From IMG/VR virus record IMGVR_UViG_3300049460_000312, positions 219,374 through 283,373 of that record: DNA of 64,000 nucleotides. One strand, written 5' to 3'. The first letter of the stretch is position 1, and every line of letters starts with the position of its first letter. The position numbers were made by a program, and so were the translations under genes. The notes beneath the pieces are model-generated. The model worked only from the letters and a program-made list of their open reading frames with translations. It was not told the origin of the DNA and did no database searches. Below are positions 36,964 to 47,043 of this stretch, piece by piece.

Positions 36964-39669
36964 TTACAGCTTGCAGGCGCCGCCACCGCACGCGTCTTCC
37001 TGTTCGGATTCCACGTACTCCACCTCCGGCATGGTGAACAACTTGATCCACGCTTCGGTGTTCCAGACGTGCCAGCTATTGCCGATCAGGTAGCTATCGC
37101 CGAACTCGTCACCCGTGCTGGGTAAGTCACCGATACGCGAGACCGTACCACGGAACTTCACGAGACAGTCGGTGCCGAAAAGTTCACGTGCGACGGCGAA
37201 CTTCGCTTCTGCTTCCGCGTAAGCGGTCGGCTGCTTCACTTCAAACGACACGGCGTCTCCCGACGCTGCTTTACTGATGGCTTGCTGCGCCAGTGCTACC
37301 GGGGTCGGGACGTAGTGCTTGCTTTCTGCCGAGACAGCTTCGACAATTCCATGCGCTTCGGCTGCCGCTGCTGCTTCCGTAGCCGCTGCTGCTTCTGCTG
37401 CACCCGGAATCCGATCCACCAACGATTCCGCCTTGGCCGTATCCTTGACCTTCGGACGCAGCGTGTTGGTGTAGTAACGGCTCTTCATGCCACGCATGAT
37501 CATGTACAGGAAGGTGCGCACCACTTCTTCTTCCGAGACTTTCGTCTCACCCGACTTGAACTTGCGATACAGGTCCGCCGAGATCCCTTGGTCCGTCCAC
37601 TTCTGCGCGATTGCGTAGTCGTCGATCAGATCTTCGGTGGCGATGTCCCAGGCCGATTGATACGCGTCGCCGAGGATGTCGCCATCCACCGCGGCCCAAC
37701 GGATCATGTTGTTGTCGCCATCGCCCTTGGTGATCACGACCGACCGGATCGGGTAGATCGAGTTGGTCGACCCCAGCGCCTTCGACGACGACTCACCCGG
37801 CATCATCGACGACAGCACGCTGTGGCCGAGACCACCGTTGTCGATCAGTTCCTGCGAGAGCGCATCCCAGTCGTACACGTTGACGAAATCCGCGATCTTG
37901 TCGACGTTGCGGTTGTACGTCTTGAGCGGCGTCCAGCCTTCCGGCCACTTCGTCTTGTGCATCCATGGCGCGAGACCCCGTTCCTTCGAGATCTTGATCG
38001 ATGCCTTGATCAGCCAGTACATGTGACGTTCGAACACACGGTGAATTTCCTGCTTGCCTTCCACCGTGTCCCAGCGCAGACCCTTGCGCGCCATGTGCGT
38101 GGCGAGACCCATAATGCCGACGCCTGCGTTCATCCGTTGCTTGGCCGTGAAGCCCAGATGCGGAAACGGATACTTGCCGTTGAGGACCGTGAAGTCGATC
38201 ATCTTCAGCGCGTAATAACAGGCATCGAAGTAGTCAGCATCGTCCGTGATGTTCTCGATCGGAATCGCAGCCAGGTTACACATGGCGATTTCGCCCCGGC
38301 CGTGATCTTCTTCGCTGTACAGATCGCGCATGTCGTAGTACGGGGCCTGGATCTCGAAGATCTCCTGGCACAGATTCGACGAATGGATGCGATGCGTCGG
38401 CGTGATCTTGAACGGTGTGTGACGGTTTGCTTCATGGATGTTCGTGAGGTACGCTGTACCCGTGTCGAACGCTTCGGCAAACGAATGCAGCACCAGCTTG
38501 CGCGCCGAGATATACTTCTTCGGGAACAGCGGATCGTTCTCGTACTTGTTGTACAGCTCGACGAAGCCCTTGATGTCGTCCGAGAAGAACTTGTCAAAGA
38601 GATCCGGTGCCGAGAACTTGGTGAACGTAAAGATGTCTTCCGACTTCTGCACCTTCGCCGCGAACCACGGATTCACCAGCATCGAGAAGTGCAGTTCACG
38701 CAGCTGCTTGTCCGCCGGTTGCAGCGGATTGCGGTATTGCACAATGTCCACGGCTTCCGGATCGAAGGCCGAGAAGCTCGTCGTCCCAGCACCAGCACGG
38801 GCAGCTTGCTTGTTTGCGATGGTCGCTTCTGCATTCGCCTTGTAATAGCGATACTTGCCAGCGTGCTTGACCCGGCCCTTAGCGACGGGGTCGCCGACGG
38901 TACGCGTGTTGATGAACGAACCGAGCCCAGCCGAGTTCACGGTCATTTTGTACGCAATGTGGTCGCCAATCGCGAGCGACTCCGCGTCGTCGTCCGACGT
39001 GAAGATGCAGCACGAGGCGTAACCGTTGTGCGTTGAGCCCAGGTACAGGTAGTTCGGCGTCGGTGCCGACAGCTTCTTGCCCGAGAGCTTCTCGTAGAAC
39101 TTGCGCACGTGCATCATGCGCTGGGCCTGGGGTTCCTTCTCGGCCAGCTGCATCGCCATACGCATGTACAGGTGCTGCGGCGTCTCGAAGATCTCGCCCG
39201 TGGCGTGATTGCGAATCGCGTACTTGTCCCGAATCTGCTTCAGCGCAAATTCCGGATAGAAGAAATCCTTGTTGTGGTCGATCAGTGCTTCGATCTTCGT
39301 GTATTCCTCACGGGAATAGTCCAGCCTGCACATCAGGCCCAGTTCTTCACCGGCCAGACGCATGTGTTGTTCGTACACGGTCGGCGGAATGATAGAGCCG
39401 TACACGTCCTTGCGGTACACCGTTGCAAACAGGCGACCCGCCATCAGATAAGCCGGCCACGTACGGATCGCGAGCAACTCTTCGATAAGCGCGAGCATCA
39501 ATTCACGTGTGGAGGCCTTCTCGGGCAATTTCGCGACGGCAGCCAGCGCTGCCTGAGACCAGTCCACACGGTTCGAGAGGTGATTGGCGGCCCATTCACC
39601 CCAGCCGTTGAGCTTAGCCGGGATCATAGGCTCTTCGGAGCCGTTCCGCTTGATGAGAGTCTGCAACAT
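36964..39669 (-). CDS. nrdA: Ribonucleotide reductase class Ia alpha subunit with an extended C-terminal tail
   Basis: IKRNG cone-like N-terminus, SAPTP, ASCCIF, SNLCQEI, MCNL, MPGESSS, KSRYY, terminal CGGGAC. Confidence 0.95.
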   Translation of the reverse strand: MLQTLIKRNGSEEPMIPAKLNGWGEWAANHLSNRVDWSQAALAAVAKLPEKASTRELMLALIEELLAIRTWPAYLMAGRLFATVYRKDVYGSIIPPTVYEQHMRLAGEELGLMCRLDYSREEYTKIEALIDHNKDFFYPEFALKQIRDKYAIRNHATGEIFETPQHLYMRMAMQLAEKEPQAQRMMHVRKFYEKLSGKKLSAPTPNYLYLGSTHNGYASCCIFTSDDDAESLAIGDHIAYKMTVNSAGLGSFINTRTVGDPVAKGRVKHAGKYRYYKANAEATIANKQAARAGAGTTSFSAFDPEAVDIVQYRNPLQPADKQLRELHFSMLVNPWFAAKVQKSEDIFTFTKFSAPDLFDKFFSDDIKGFVELYNKYENDPLFPKKYISARKLVLHSFAEAFDTGTAYLTNIHEANRHTPFKITPTHRIHSSNLCQEIFEIQAPYYDMRDLYSEEDHGRGEIAMCNLAAIPIENITDDADYFDACYYALKMIDFTVLNGKYPFPHLGFTAKQRMNAGVGIMGLATHMARKGLRWDTVEGKQEIHRVFERHMYWLIKASIKISKERGLAPWMHKTKWPEGWTPLKTYNRNVDKIADFVNVYDWDALSQELIDNGGLGHSVLSSMMPGESSSKALGSTNSIYPIRSVVITKGDGDNNMIRWAAVDGDILGDAYQSAWDIATEDLIDDYAIAQKWTDQGISADLYRKFKSGETKVSEEEVVRTFLYMIMRGMKSRYYTNTLRPKVKDTAKAESLVDRIPGAAEAAAATEAAAAAEAHGIVEAVSAESKHYVPTPVALAQQAISKAASGDAVSFEVKQPTAYAEAEAKFAVARELFGTDCLVKFRGTVSRIGDLPSTGDEFGDSYLIGNSWHVWNTEAWIKLFTMPEVEYVESEQEDACGGGACKL

Positions 39670-39927
39670 AATCGTGTTGTTTTGGAGAGAAATGGTTAAA
39701 TGTGTGCGTACCTATGGGAGAATGATGGCTTCTCCAACACACTAAGGAACTGCCAGGTAATTTTACCATGACGCATAAGGCGCCCATGTGACACGGACGG
39801 GATTCGTCGTGTCTTTAGAGGGCATGGTTATACCCTCCTCTGGGCTATCGGCATAGCATACAGACAAGAAAAAAATAAGGCGGCATAAAACCCCGTGAGC
39901 CACGAGGGCTCACAGGGCGAGGGGCCT

Positions 39928-40377
39928 TTATGGCACGATAATGCTCGATGGTTCAGGCTCCGGCAAGCTCTCCGGGACCGGAAAGTAGATCGCCATTTCA
40001 CTGAGATCGACGTTTTCGTTGACCGACCCGTCCTTCGCCCAGATGACTTTGGGCAGAATGCGGATCTTGCCTTCCTTGGCGTCGAGTTCGTAGTGCATCC
40101 ACACCCGGAAACGGTCTTGTTCCGACCACGGGGTGACATCATCGTGGTCCGGCACCGGCTCCAGCGCGTTCATCATGAAGTTCAGGTCCAGAAAGATCCG
40201 TGAACCATTGACCGCAGTGTGGTTTTGCTGATCCGGGTGGTGACCCAGACACTGTTCCAGCACCGAGGCCATCCCTTCACAATACTCCACCAGCTTCTTC
40301 AAGCGCTCGTCCGGGTTACGCCGCACCTCAGCAGCCATCTTGGCCAGAAAGATGCGTTCACCTTCATTATTATCCAT
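39928..40377 (-). CDS. Hypothetical protein
   Basis: 149 aa; overlapping operon. Confidence 0.7.
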   Translation of the reverse strand: MDNNEGERIFLAKMAAEVRRNPDERLKKLVEYCEGMASVLEQCLGHHPDQQNHTAVNGSRIFLDLNFMMNALEPVPDHDDVTPWSEQDRFRVWMHYELDAKEGKIRILPKVIWAKDGSVNENVDLSEMAIYFPVPESLPEPEPSSIIVP

Positions 40378-40951
40378 GACAGATCCTGTTTCCCTCAGCG
40401 TCCTCTAGAGCGCCGTGGATTTGAGTGGGGTTACACATCTGAAATACAACCAAACCATTATCCCAGATGTCGGCCAGCCGGTAGACACTCCCGAAATCCG
40501 AGACGGCTGGACTCATGAAACGTTGCAGCACACTAATCACCGTGCCAATCAGTTTCTGCAACGCGCCGGTGAGCATAATCAGCTGTTCCTGGATTTGCTC
40601 TTCGATCCGTTTCGGATCTGATAGCGCCACTCTAAGATCTTGCCGGAGGGATTCGAGATCTCGGGAGGAAAGGAATTCGTCCGTGACGGCGACAACGCTT
40701 TCCCAATCGCAGTAATAATAGCAAGCCAAATCGATGACATCTGCCACCTCCACATGTAGACTTGGGGGCACGCTGGTGACAAAGCGTACGATTTCTTCAC
40801 GCAGCGTAATCGAAAAGCGCTCGGGCATGCGCTGGAGAATACGGGGGTAATGTTCATCATACTCTTCGACCGCGTAGATGGGAATGAAATCAAACAAACC
40901 CTGATCCACTCCCATCGTAAAGTAACGATCGTCCCCGTCAGGAACGATCAT
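40370..40951 (-). CDS. Hypothetical protein
   Basis: 193 aa; overlaps both neighbours. Confidence 0.7.
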   Translation of the reverse strand: MIVPDGDDRYFTMGVDQGLFDFIPIYAVEEYDEHYPRILQRMPERFSITLREEIVRFVTSVPPSLHVEVADVIDLACYYYCDWESVVAVTDEFLSSRDLESLRQDLRVALSDPKRIEEQIQEQLIMLTGALQKLIGTVISVLQRFMSPAVSDFGSVYRLADIWDNGLVVFQMCNPTQIHGALEDAEGNRICHG

Positions 40952-41870
40952 CGTCGTAAGGTTTCATGTTGTCGACAGGTTTGGTGCCGTCTGCATTCAC
41001 CCACCTACCGTTCTCGTCGAAGTGCCCGTATTCGTCGAGATCACTGGAAGGAACAGGGTGCCACGTCGCGCCCGATTCCCGGAAGGCTTTTTCCCGTGCT
41101 TCTTGCTCAGCCATCTCCTGTTCAAAGAGCCGTAGCTCGATGTCCTCGCCTTCGAGCTCCGACACCGTCCCATCCGGATTCACCGAGTGCTTGGGCACGT
41201 TGACGCCGTCATGCAGGCGCTTGAGCGTCTCTTCCTGCTCCAGCGTCTGTTGCTCGATCGCGGTGTCGTCATCCACACCACCATAGGCTTCGACGAACTG
41301 TTCGTAGGACTTCACGCGCAACGCGAGAATGCCTTTCGAATACTCTTCGACGCCATAGATGGATTCCTTCTCCACGATCGGGAACTTGGCGTTGATGAGA
41401 TAACGCTGAACCACGTTGGCGATTTCGTAGACCACCTCCATAGACGAGTTAAAGGGCGAACCCATCAGCACGGCAGTGGTATCGGTGTCTTCCAGCCCGA
41501 GCTTGGCCTGGATCTCGGCGGCGACGTCGTCTTCGAAGTCACCCCAGAGCATATCGGGGATATTGGTGTCTTCACCGAGGAAGTCGCAGACGATCTGAGC
41601 AATACGCTTGACATCAATGGCGCCGACGCCGTCGATATTCACCACCTTCAGATACTTGGCAATGTCCGAGACGTCGATAAACACCACAAAGGGAATATCC
41701 CGAATACAGCGCAGGTACTCTTCCTTGTTGGCAAAGTCATCGAACTCCACCTTCGGCACATCAGCCAAGTCTTGCGCAGTAATTGGTTGTCGGAAGAAGT
41801 TGTCATCCTTCTGGTACTTCAGCACGCCGCGGTCTTCTGGCGGCTCCTGGTCATGTTCAATTATCGGCAC
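40938..41870 (-). CDS. Acidic hypothetical protein
   Basis: 310 aa, Asp/Glu rich. Confidence 0.75.
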   Translation of the reverse strand: MPIIEHDQEPPEDRGVLKYQKDDNFFRQPITAQDLADVPKVEFDDFANKEEYLRCIRDIPFVVFIDVSDIAKYLKVVNIDGVGAIDVKRIAQIVCDFLGEDTNIPDMLWGDFEDDVAAEIQAKLGLEDTDTTAVLMGSPFNSSMEVVYEIANVVQRYLINAKFPIVEKESIYGVEEYSKGILALRVKSYEQFVEAYGGVDDDTAIEQQTLEQEETLKRLHDGVNVPKHSVNPDGTVSELEGEDIELRLFEQEMAEQEAREKAFRESGATWHPVPSSDLDEYGHFDENGRWVNADGTKPVDNMKPYDDDRS

Positions 41871-41872
41871 GG

Positions 41873-42334
41873 CTATATCCTTTTCATCACATACTCGATT
41901 AGGTCGAGCTGGCCCAGTTTCTCAAAGATCATGATCCTCTGGTTAGATCGAGCCACTTTGTAGGGGAAGAAGTCCCTGAAATCATTCATTACGCGCCCCA
42001 TCAGTTCCTCGTACTTATTAAGGAACGCTGCGTCCACCACTTCGTCGACTTGGGCAGACATACCAGCCTGTCGCATTGTCACGAGACTACGACGCTGGAC
42101 TTCGTCAGAGTGAGAAAGCTGCAGAGCTTGCGTCAGATCGAAACACCGTTCGCCCCAGATGTCGGCAGGCACCAGCGTATAGGCTTTCTGCATCACCGGC
42201 TCGTTATGCGAGACGAGGTGCTTGGGGAAGCGCAGAACGGTGTCGAAGAAATATTTGAGCGTGGTGTTGGTGGTGCGCGGCAAGCCCAATTGCTGGACGT
42301 CGCTGAGTTTCCTTACGTCGTAGGAGTTGGTCAT
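41873..42334 (-). CDS. Hypothetical protein
   Basis: 153 aa with a GGAGGAG RBS. Confidence 0.75.
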   Translation of the reverse strand: MTNSYDVRKLSDVQQLGLPRTTNTTLKYFFDTVLRFPKHLVSHNEPVMQKAYTLVPADIWGERCFDLTQALQLSHSDEVQRRSLVTMRQAGMSAQVDEVVDAAFLNKYEELMGRVMNDFRDFFPYKVARSNQRIMIFEKLGQLDLIEYVMKRI

Positions 42335-42434
42335 TTCTCCTCCTCAAGATAATAGTCAAAAGATCCCATCTCGTGGTAAATTCGGGCATTGCCGGCATAA
42401 AAGCCGAGAGAGCCGCAGCTCTCCCAGCCAGCAA

Positions 42435-42752
42435 TCAGTAGCTCGGTCGTTCGATGCCGAAGCTAAACGGCTGTCCAGCGTAACCCATCGCAGCCATATT
42501 CATGCGCATCTCGTCTTCCGACTCGCCTTCGATGACGATGGAGGTATCGAAGAGGTCCGGGTTCAGATGGCGCATGGCGCTGATGGTATCGGCGTCGTGC
42601 GTGGTGTGCATCGGGTATTCGACCGCGACATTCACGTCACGGAAACCAGCGGTGCGAAGTGCCGCAGCAACCACGGTGCACAGTTGGCTGTTTTCTTCGG
42701 CGCTACCGCCGTTGACGGCAATCGACATACCGGCAGAGAAATTGTTGAACAT
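42435..42752 (-). CDS. Hypothetical protein
   Basis: 105 aa ORF. Confidence 0.65.
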   Translation of the reverse strand: MFNNFSAGMSIAVNGGSAEENSQLCTVVAAALRTAGFRDVNVAVEYPMHTTHDADTISAMRHLNPDLFDTSIVIEGESEDEMRMNMAAMGYAGQPFSFGIERPSY

Positions 42753-42902
42753 GATGGGCTTTGCGATGTTGAGGTGTGAAGGAGGCCGGTGAGTGGTTTT
42801 ATGGACCGGCGGTGCTATGAAGCAGAGGACTGAGGAGGTGACTCAATCCTCTCGCGCATAGCATAAGTAACTGGTTTTTTCTTTGCAGAAAATTCGTTTG
42901 GT

Positions 42903-43154
42903 TTAAGCGAGTTCGCCGATTTCGAGCAGCTCATTCTCCAGACTTTTGATGCGATCGATCGCTTCCTGGAGGACATCCACCTGTTGCTGATGGTGGTCGA
43001 TCTTAGTCTGGTCGGCACGCTGGATGCGTTCTGCCCATTTCGGGTACTTGGCGTGTTGCACACCGTGCTTGTGATGCAGAGCCTGGTGACGGGCCACGGC
43101 GCTTTGATGATACTTCAGCATGTCTTGCAGACTAGCGATTTTCATAGTGGTCAT
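42903..43154 (-). CDS. Small coiled-coil hypothetical protein
   Basis: 83 aa ORF. Confidence 0.6.
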   Translation of the reverse strand: MTTMKIASLQDMLKYHQSAVARHQALHHKHGVQHAKYPKWAERIQRADQTKIDHHQQQVDVLQEAIDRIKSLENELLEIGELA

Positions 43155-43240
43155 AAAAGATGGAAAAAGCCCCAGAAGAGTTCGGACGTGAACAATCCTC
43201 TTCTGGGGTGAAACCCTCCCCCCGGAGGGCTTGGAGAGAC

Positions 43241-45196
43241 TTACGCGAAGAAGCTGAGGAAGGTGCGATAGTCGATGACGTCCACACCGAGCATGCCAGC
43301 CTTGCGCACCTTGGAACCAGGTGACTCTCCAGCGACTACATAGTCGGTTTTCGCACTGACACTACCGGCGACGTGACCGCCGCCCGCGAGCACCTTGTTT
43401 TCCAACGCGTCCTTGGTTTCCGGGAACTTGCCCGAGAAGACAAAGGTCTTGTCAGCCACTCCTTCAATCTTGACGACTTCACCCATCTCGTCGATCCTCA
43501 GACACGCATAGAGATCCAGGGCGTCCTGGCGCTTTTGCGGATTGGCGAAGTAGTTGGCGATATTGGTGGCGGTGCTCGGCCCGACATCTGGCACCTTAAG
43601 TTCAAGCACCTTCTCAGGTGTATCGAGCTCAAAGAGGGCAGCGTGTTTGTGGATGCGGTGTGCCAGTTTGCGTGCGGTGGACTTCCCCACCTCCAGAATG
43701 CCCAGAGACATGATAAAACGGTCCATGGTGGTCTCGTAGGAGGAGGCAATAGCAAACCGTAGCTTCTGCGCCGAGTAGGCCGTGTAGCCCTCTAGCGTCT
43801 CGATTTCATCCAGGGTGAGCTTGTACAGATCTGCCGTGCGTTTGATGAGTCCAGCTTTGAGCAACAGGTCGATGGTGTTTTCCGCCAGCCCATCAATGTC
43901 CAGTACGTCCCGGGACACCGCGTAGGCGATGCTCGCGACGGCTTGCGCTTCGCAGCGTGAGTTGTCGCAGTAATACGCTGCACCACGTTTGACCACAGGA
44001 GCCGAACAGCACGGACACTGGTGCGGAAACACGGCGGGCCTCGCGTCAGGCACCGTCTTGAGCAGCTTGCCAATGTGCGGGATTACGTCCCCCGAACGAT
44101 AGACTTCGTAGTTGTTGCCAATGGCGATCTGCTTCTCACGCATCCGGTCTTCGTTGTGCAACGAGACCGAGGTTACAACGACACCCATAAGTGGCGTTGC
44201 GGTAATCTTGGCCACCGGCGCGATTTCACCTGTACGCCCAACCTGGAAAACAACATCGACGACAGTGCACTCTCCTTTAATTGGAGGAAACTTGTATGCA
44301 AAGGCCCATCTTGGCGAATGCGACGTTTCGCCAAGCTGCACTTGCTTAGCTGTATCGTTAATCTTGAAGACCATCCCGTCAATGTCAAACGGGATATCCC
44401 CTCGTTCCCGAATCTCAGAGATTTGGTCGAATACTTCCTGGATCGCAGACGGCGTGAGCAGGAAGCAGCTAAGCATGGAGAACCCGAGGTTTTTGAGTGT
44501 CTCAAGCTTGTCGGTGTACGCGTTGAAGACAAAATCGACTCCTTCGATGTCGTAAGGAACGAAGGAAATGCCGTGCGTGTGTCGACCAGGCTCGTCTCGG
44601 CCGAGCAAACCGACTACCGCGCTGCGACAGTTCGCATACCGTTCTGATGTCGAATTCATGAGATCCAGCCAAGACTTCTTGACTAGCGCTTCCCCACGGA
44701 TTTCCACCGATCCCATGGTTTCAATCCGGTCCCGCACAAACTGCGCCGCGTGCTTGGTAATGTCCTCTCCATACTCGCCGTCCCCACGCGTGAGTGAACG
44801 AGTAAACACTCCGTCCATATAGCGGTTGGACACCGCCATACCGTCGTACTTGAATTCCCCCACTACTTTGACGTCTGGGCCAAAGGTTGAGACCCACAGG
44901 TTGATCCATGCCTGGGCTTCATCTTCGTCCAGGGCGTTTTCCAGCGAGAGCATCGGATACTCGTGCCGCAGGTGTTCCTTCTCCCGGCTCTGCGGCTCCA
45001 CAAAGCCCACCTTGAAGGTCGGCGAGAGTTCCAGCGTCTGGTCGGGATTGGCGGTCTCCCAGGCAATCAGGGCTTTACGGGTTTCGTCATACTCAGGGTC
45101 CGTGATCGGCGACTCGCCACCCGAGTGATAGATGCGATGGTACTCTGCCATCTTACTAGCGAGACTTACGTACTCAAGGTAGTTGGTAATAATCAT
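43241..45196 (-). CDS. ligA: NAD-dependent DNA ligase
   Basis: YH...ITDPEYD (domain Ia), MLSLEN, KYDG, TRGDG, RGE, DGMVFK, OB fold, C4 Zn finger, HhH, BRCT. Confidence 0.97.
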   Translation of the reverse strand: MIITNYLEYVSLASKMAEYHRIYHSGGESPITDPEYDETRKALIAWETANPDQTLELSPTFKVGFVEPQSREKEHLRHEYPMLSLENALDEDEAQAWINLWVSTFGPDVKVVGEFKYDGMAVSNRYMDGVFTRSLTRGDGEYGEDITKHAAQFVRDRIETMGSVEIRGEALVKKSWLDLMNSTSERYANCRSAVVGLLGRDEPGRHTHGISFVPYDIEGVDFVFNAYTDKLETLKNLGFSMLSCFLLTPSAIQEVFDQISEIRERGDIPFDIDGMVFKINDTAKQVQLGETSHSPRWAFAYKFPPIKGECTVVDVVFQVGRTGEIAPVAKITATPLMGVVVTSVSLHNEDRMREKQIAIGNNYEVYRSGDVIPHIGKLLKTVPDARPAVFPHQCPCCSAPVVKRGAAYYCDNSRCEAQAVASIAYAVSRDVLDIDGLAENTIDLLLKAGLIKRTADLYKLTLDEIETLEGYTAYSAQKLRFAIASSYETTMDRFIMSLGILEVGKSTARKLAHRIHKHAALFELDTPEKVLELKVPDVGPSTATNIANYFANPQKRQDALDLYACLRIDEMGEVVKIEGVADKTFVFSGKFPETKDALENKVLAGGGHVAGSVSAKTDYVVAGESPGSKVRKAGMLGVDVIDYRTFLSFFA

Positions 45197-45939
45197 TTTT
45201 CTTCTTTGTATTCGTCGAGTATGAAATGCCGCGCAGTGAAAGCACCCGGGGCGTTAGGGAATTCGTCACTGACTACCAGACCACGCATCGGCAGCATATA
45301 GGTGTCGTGACCGCGAATCATTTCGGCGATGGTATTCTCAATCGTCTCGTAGGTCGCGTACATGGAGTATTCAGTCGTCATCGACTTACCGATGTCATCC
45401 AGTACGTCATCTACGTCGGCTGAGAGTCCGTCGACATAAAGACGCTCCACCCGACACACCACCGATTGACTGGAGTAACGCGGTTGCGTGCCGAGCCGGA
45501 TAAACTTGCGTACTGCCGTTGGCACCTTATGCGCAGGCAACAGCTTGCGGCGAAACTTCTGCGGGTCTGAAATCGTCAGGATCACGTGCATGGTGATCTT
45601 ACCCTGATGTGGGATATCGAACGGCACAAAGCGTAAGGCTGTGATATCAGACAGCCGCTCTCCTTCTTCACCTGTACCTTTCAGGATCAGGCTCCGGAAT
45701 TTCCCGCCTTCGTAATTGACGCTGGCTTCGAGCCCGTAGTTGTCGTAAGAGACAAGCACAGTTCGATCCTGAAAGGGCGTTAGCGCCGCTTTCACCCGGG
45801 AAAGGATATTCTGGCGATCTACTGTTTCAGAGACGAAGTCAGGAAAGACAACCGGATGACGTTCGATACCTCGCACCGGTCCCTCTTTGCCCAACAAGTC
45901 TGTGTTGTCGTCGAGTTTCATGATGAAGGCCTCGTTCAT
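45193..45939 (-). CDS. Degenerate ligase adenylation-domain paralogue
   Basis: SYDNYGLEASVNYEGGKFRSLILKGTGEEGE aligns to EFKYDGMAVSNRYMDGVFTRSLTRGDGEYGE of LigA but lacks the catalytic Lys. Confidence 0.6.
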   Translation of the reverse strand: MNEAFIMKLDDNTDLLGKEGPVRGIERHPVVFPDFVSETVDRQNILSRVKAALTPFQDRTVLVSYDNYGLEASVNYEGGKFRSLILKGTGEEGERLSDITALRFVPFDIPHQGKITMHVILTISDPQKFRRKLLPAHKVPTAVRKFIRLGTQPRYSSQSVVCRVERLYVDGLSADVDDVLDDIGKSMTTEYSMYATYETIENTIAEMIRGHDTYMLPMRGLVVSDEFPNAPGAFTARHFILDEYKEEK

Positions 45940-46029
45940 TTTGCGTTTAGCTCCTACACACTTTAATGCCCGTCAGAGTAAAAAGCGGCATAAGCCCCAG
46001 AGAGCCGAAGCCCTCTGGGGAACCGCGTT

Positions 46030-46428
46030 TTATGCCTTCGCAGGCTCGTCATGCTTACCTGCCTCACACTTGTGCAGCCGCCACGAGGAAATCTCTTTCA
46101 ACGTGTAGACCTGCCAGTCCTGGGTATTGCGGCTACGGCGCCGCTCCACTACAAGCGGTTCAAGCTTGTCTGTAGCGCCATCCGGTCCACGCCACTGTAC
46201 CGACGTCGTATAGCCCGACAGGATCGGATCACCCCCGAAGCCAACAGCGTGGCGGAGAATGAACTCGATACAGGCGTCTAGCGGCGGCCAGTAGCCCTTC
46301 GGATGATGCGTGTTGCAGAATCGCGTATCCCATAGCGGGATCATGTCCTGCACCGGATCGGCCGTCGAGGGCAACGGGTCCTGGAGATTGACTTTGAACG
46401 TGCCCGTCATTACTACGTCCTTAGGCAT
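46030..46428 (-). CDS. Hypothetical protein
   Basis: 132 aa ORF. Confidence 0.6.
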   Translation of the reverse strand: MPKDVVMTGTFKVNLQDPLPSTADPVQDMIPLWDTRFCNTHHPKGYWPPLDACIEFILRHAVGFGGDPILSGYTTSVQWRGPDGATDKLEPLVVERRRSRNTQDWQVYTLKEISSWRLHKCEAGKHDEPAKA

Positions 46429-47024
46429 GCCGGGCCGCTGTCGTAGTTACCGTCAGCGTCAATTTTGCCTTTCTCGCGCAGCGTGTACTCCAGCGCCTTC
46501 CACTCGTTGTAGGTGAGATCAGAAGCTTCCCACATATCCGTGACCTCACATTGCGTCCAGCAGTTGGGCACTGAAGTTTCGACGAGCTTGAGCATAGCTG
46601 GTGTGAACTCGGCATAGTCGTTGATCTGCCGCCACTTACAGACTTCGGTGAATTCGTAGAGCGTCGTCGACGTTTCACCCAAGACTGCAAAACCACCGAT
46701 GTTTCGGTAGAATGGTCCGATCGGCTCACCCACCGGGGTATAGGCGCCCTTGAGCAGTACGTCGGGTTCCGCGATCAGCGAGAACTCGATGAAGATACCC
46801 ATCGGCGGGATCACACCTTCGATCTGGACATCTTTCGACTCCCGAAGGAATTCGAATTCACCCTGCCTGGCTTTGCTCCTGCAATCAAAGTACGGCTGCG
46901 GCGGCATCCGCACGTCAAGGCGCTTGGACTCGCCGCCCTCGGCATAAGGCTTGAAAATACGATGCAGCAAGGCGAGGCGTTTACTTTTATTCTCTGTACC
47001 GAACGAGACTGGAAAATCAGCCAT
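46413..47024 (-). CDS. Hypothetical protein
   Basis: Start at MADFPVSF with a TAAGGAG RBS. Confidence 0.7.
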   Translation of the reverse strand: MADFPVSFGTENKSKRLALLHRIFKPYAEGGESKRLDVRMPPQPYFDCRSKARQGEFEFLRESKDVQIEGVIPPMGIFIEFSLIAEPDVLLKGAYTPVGEPIGPFYRNIGGFAVLGETSTTLYEFTEVCKWRQINDYAEFTPAMLKLVETSVPNCWTQCEVTDMWEASDLTYNEWKALEYTLREKGKIDADGNYDSGPACLRT

Positions 47025-47043
47025 GATACTCCTTAATAGTTTA

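Noticed and set aside
35606-39699. Long plus-strand ORFs (417, 584 and 196 aa) opposite nrdB/nrdA
   Set aside because: Shadow ORFs caused by the strong codon bias of the sense genes
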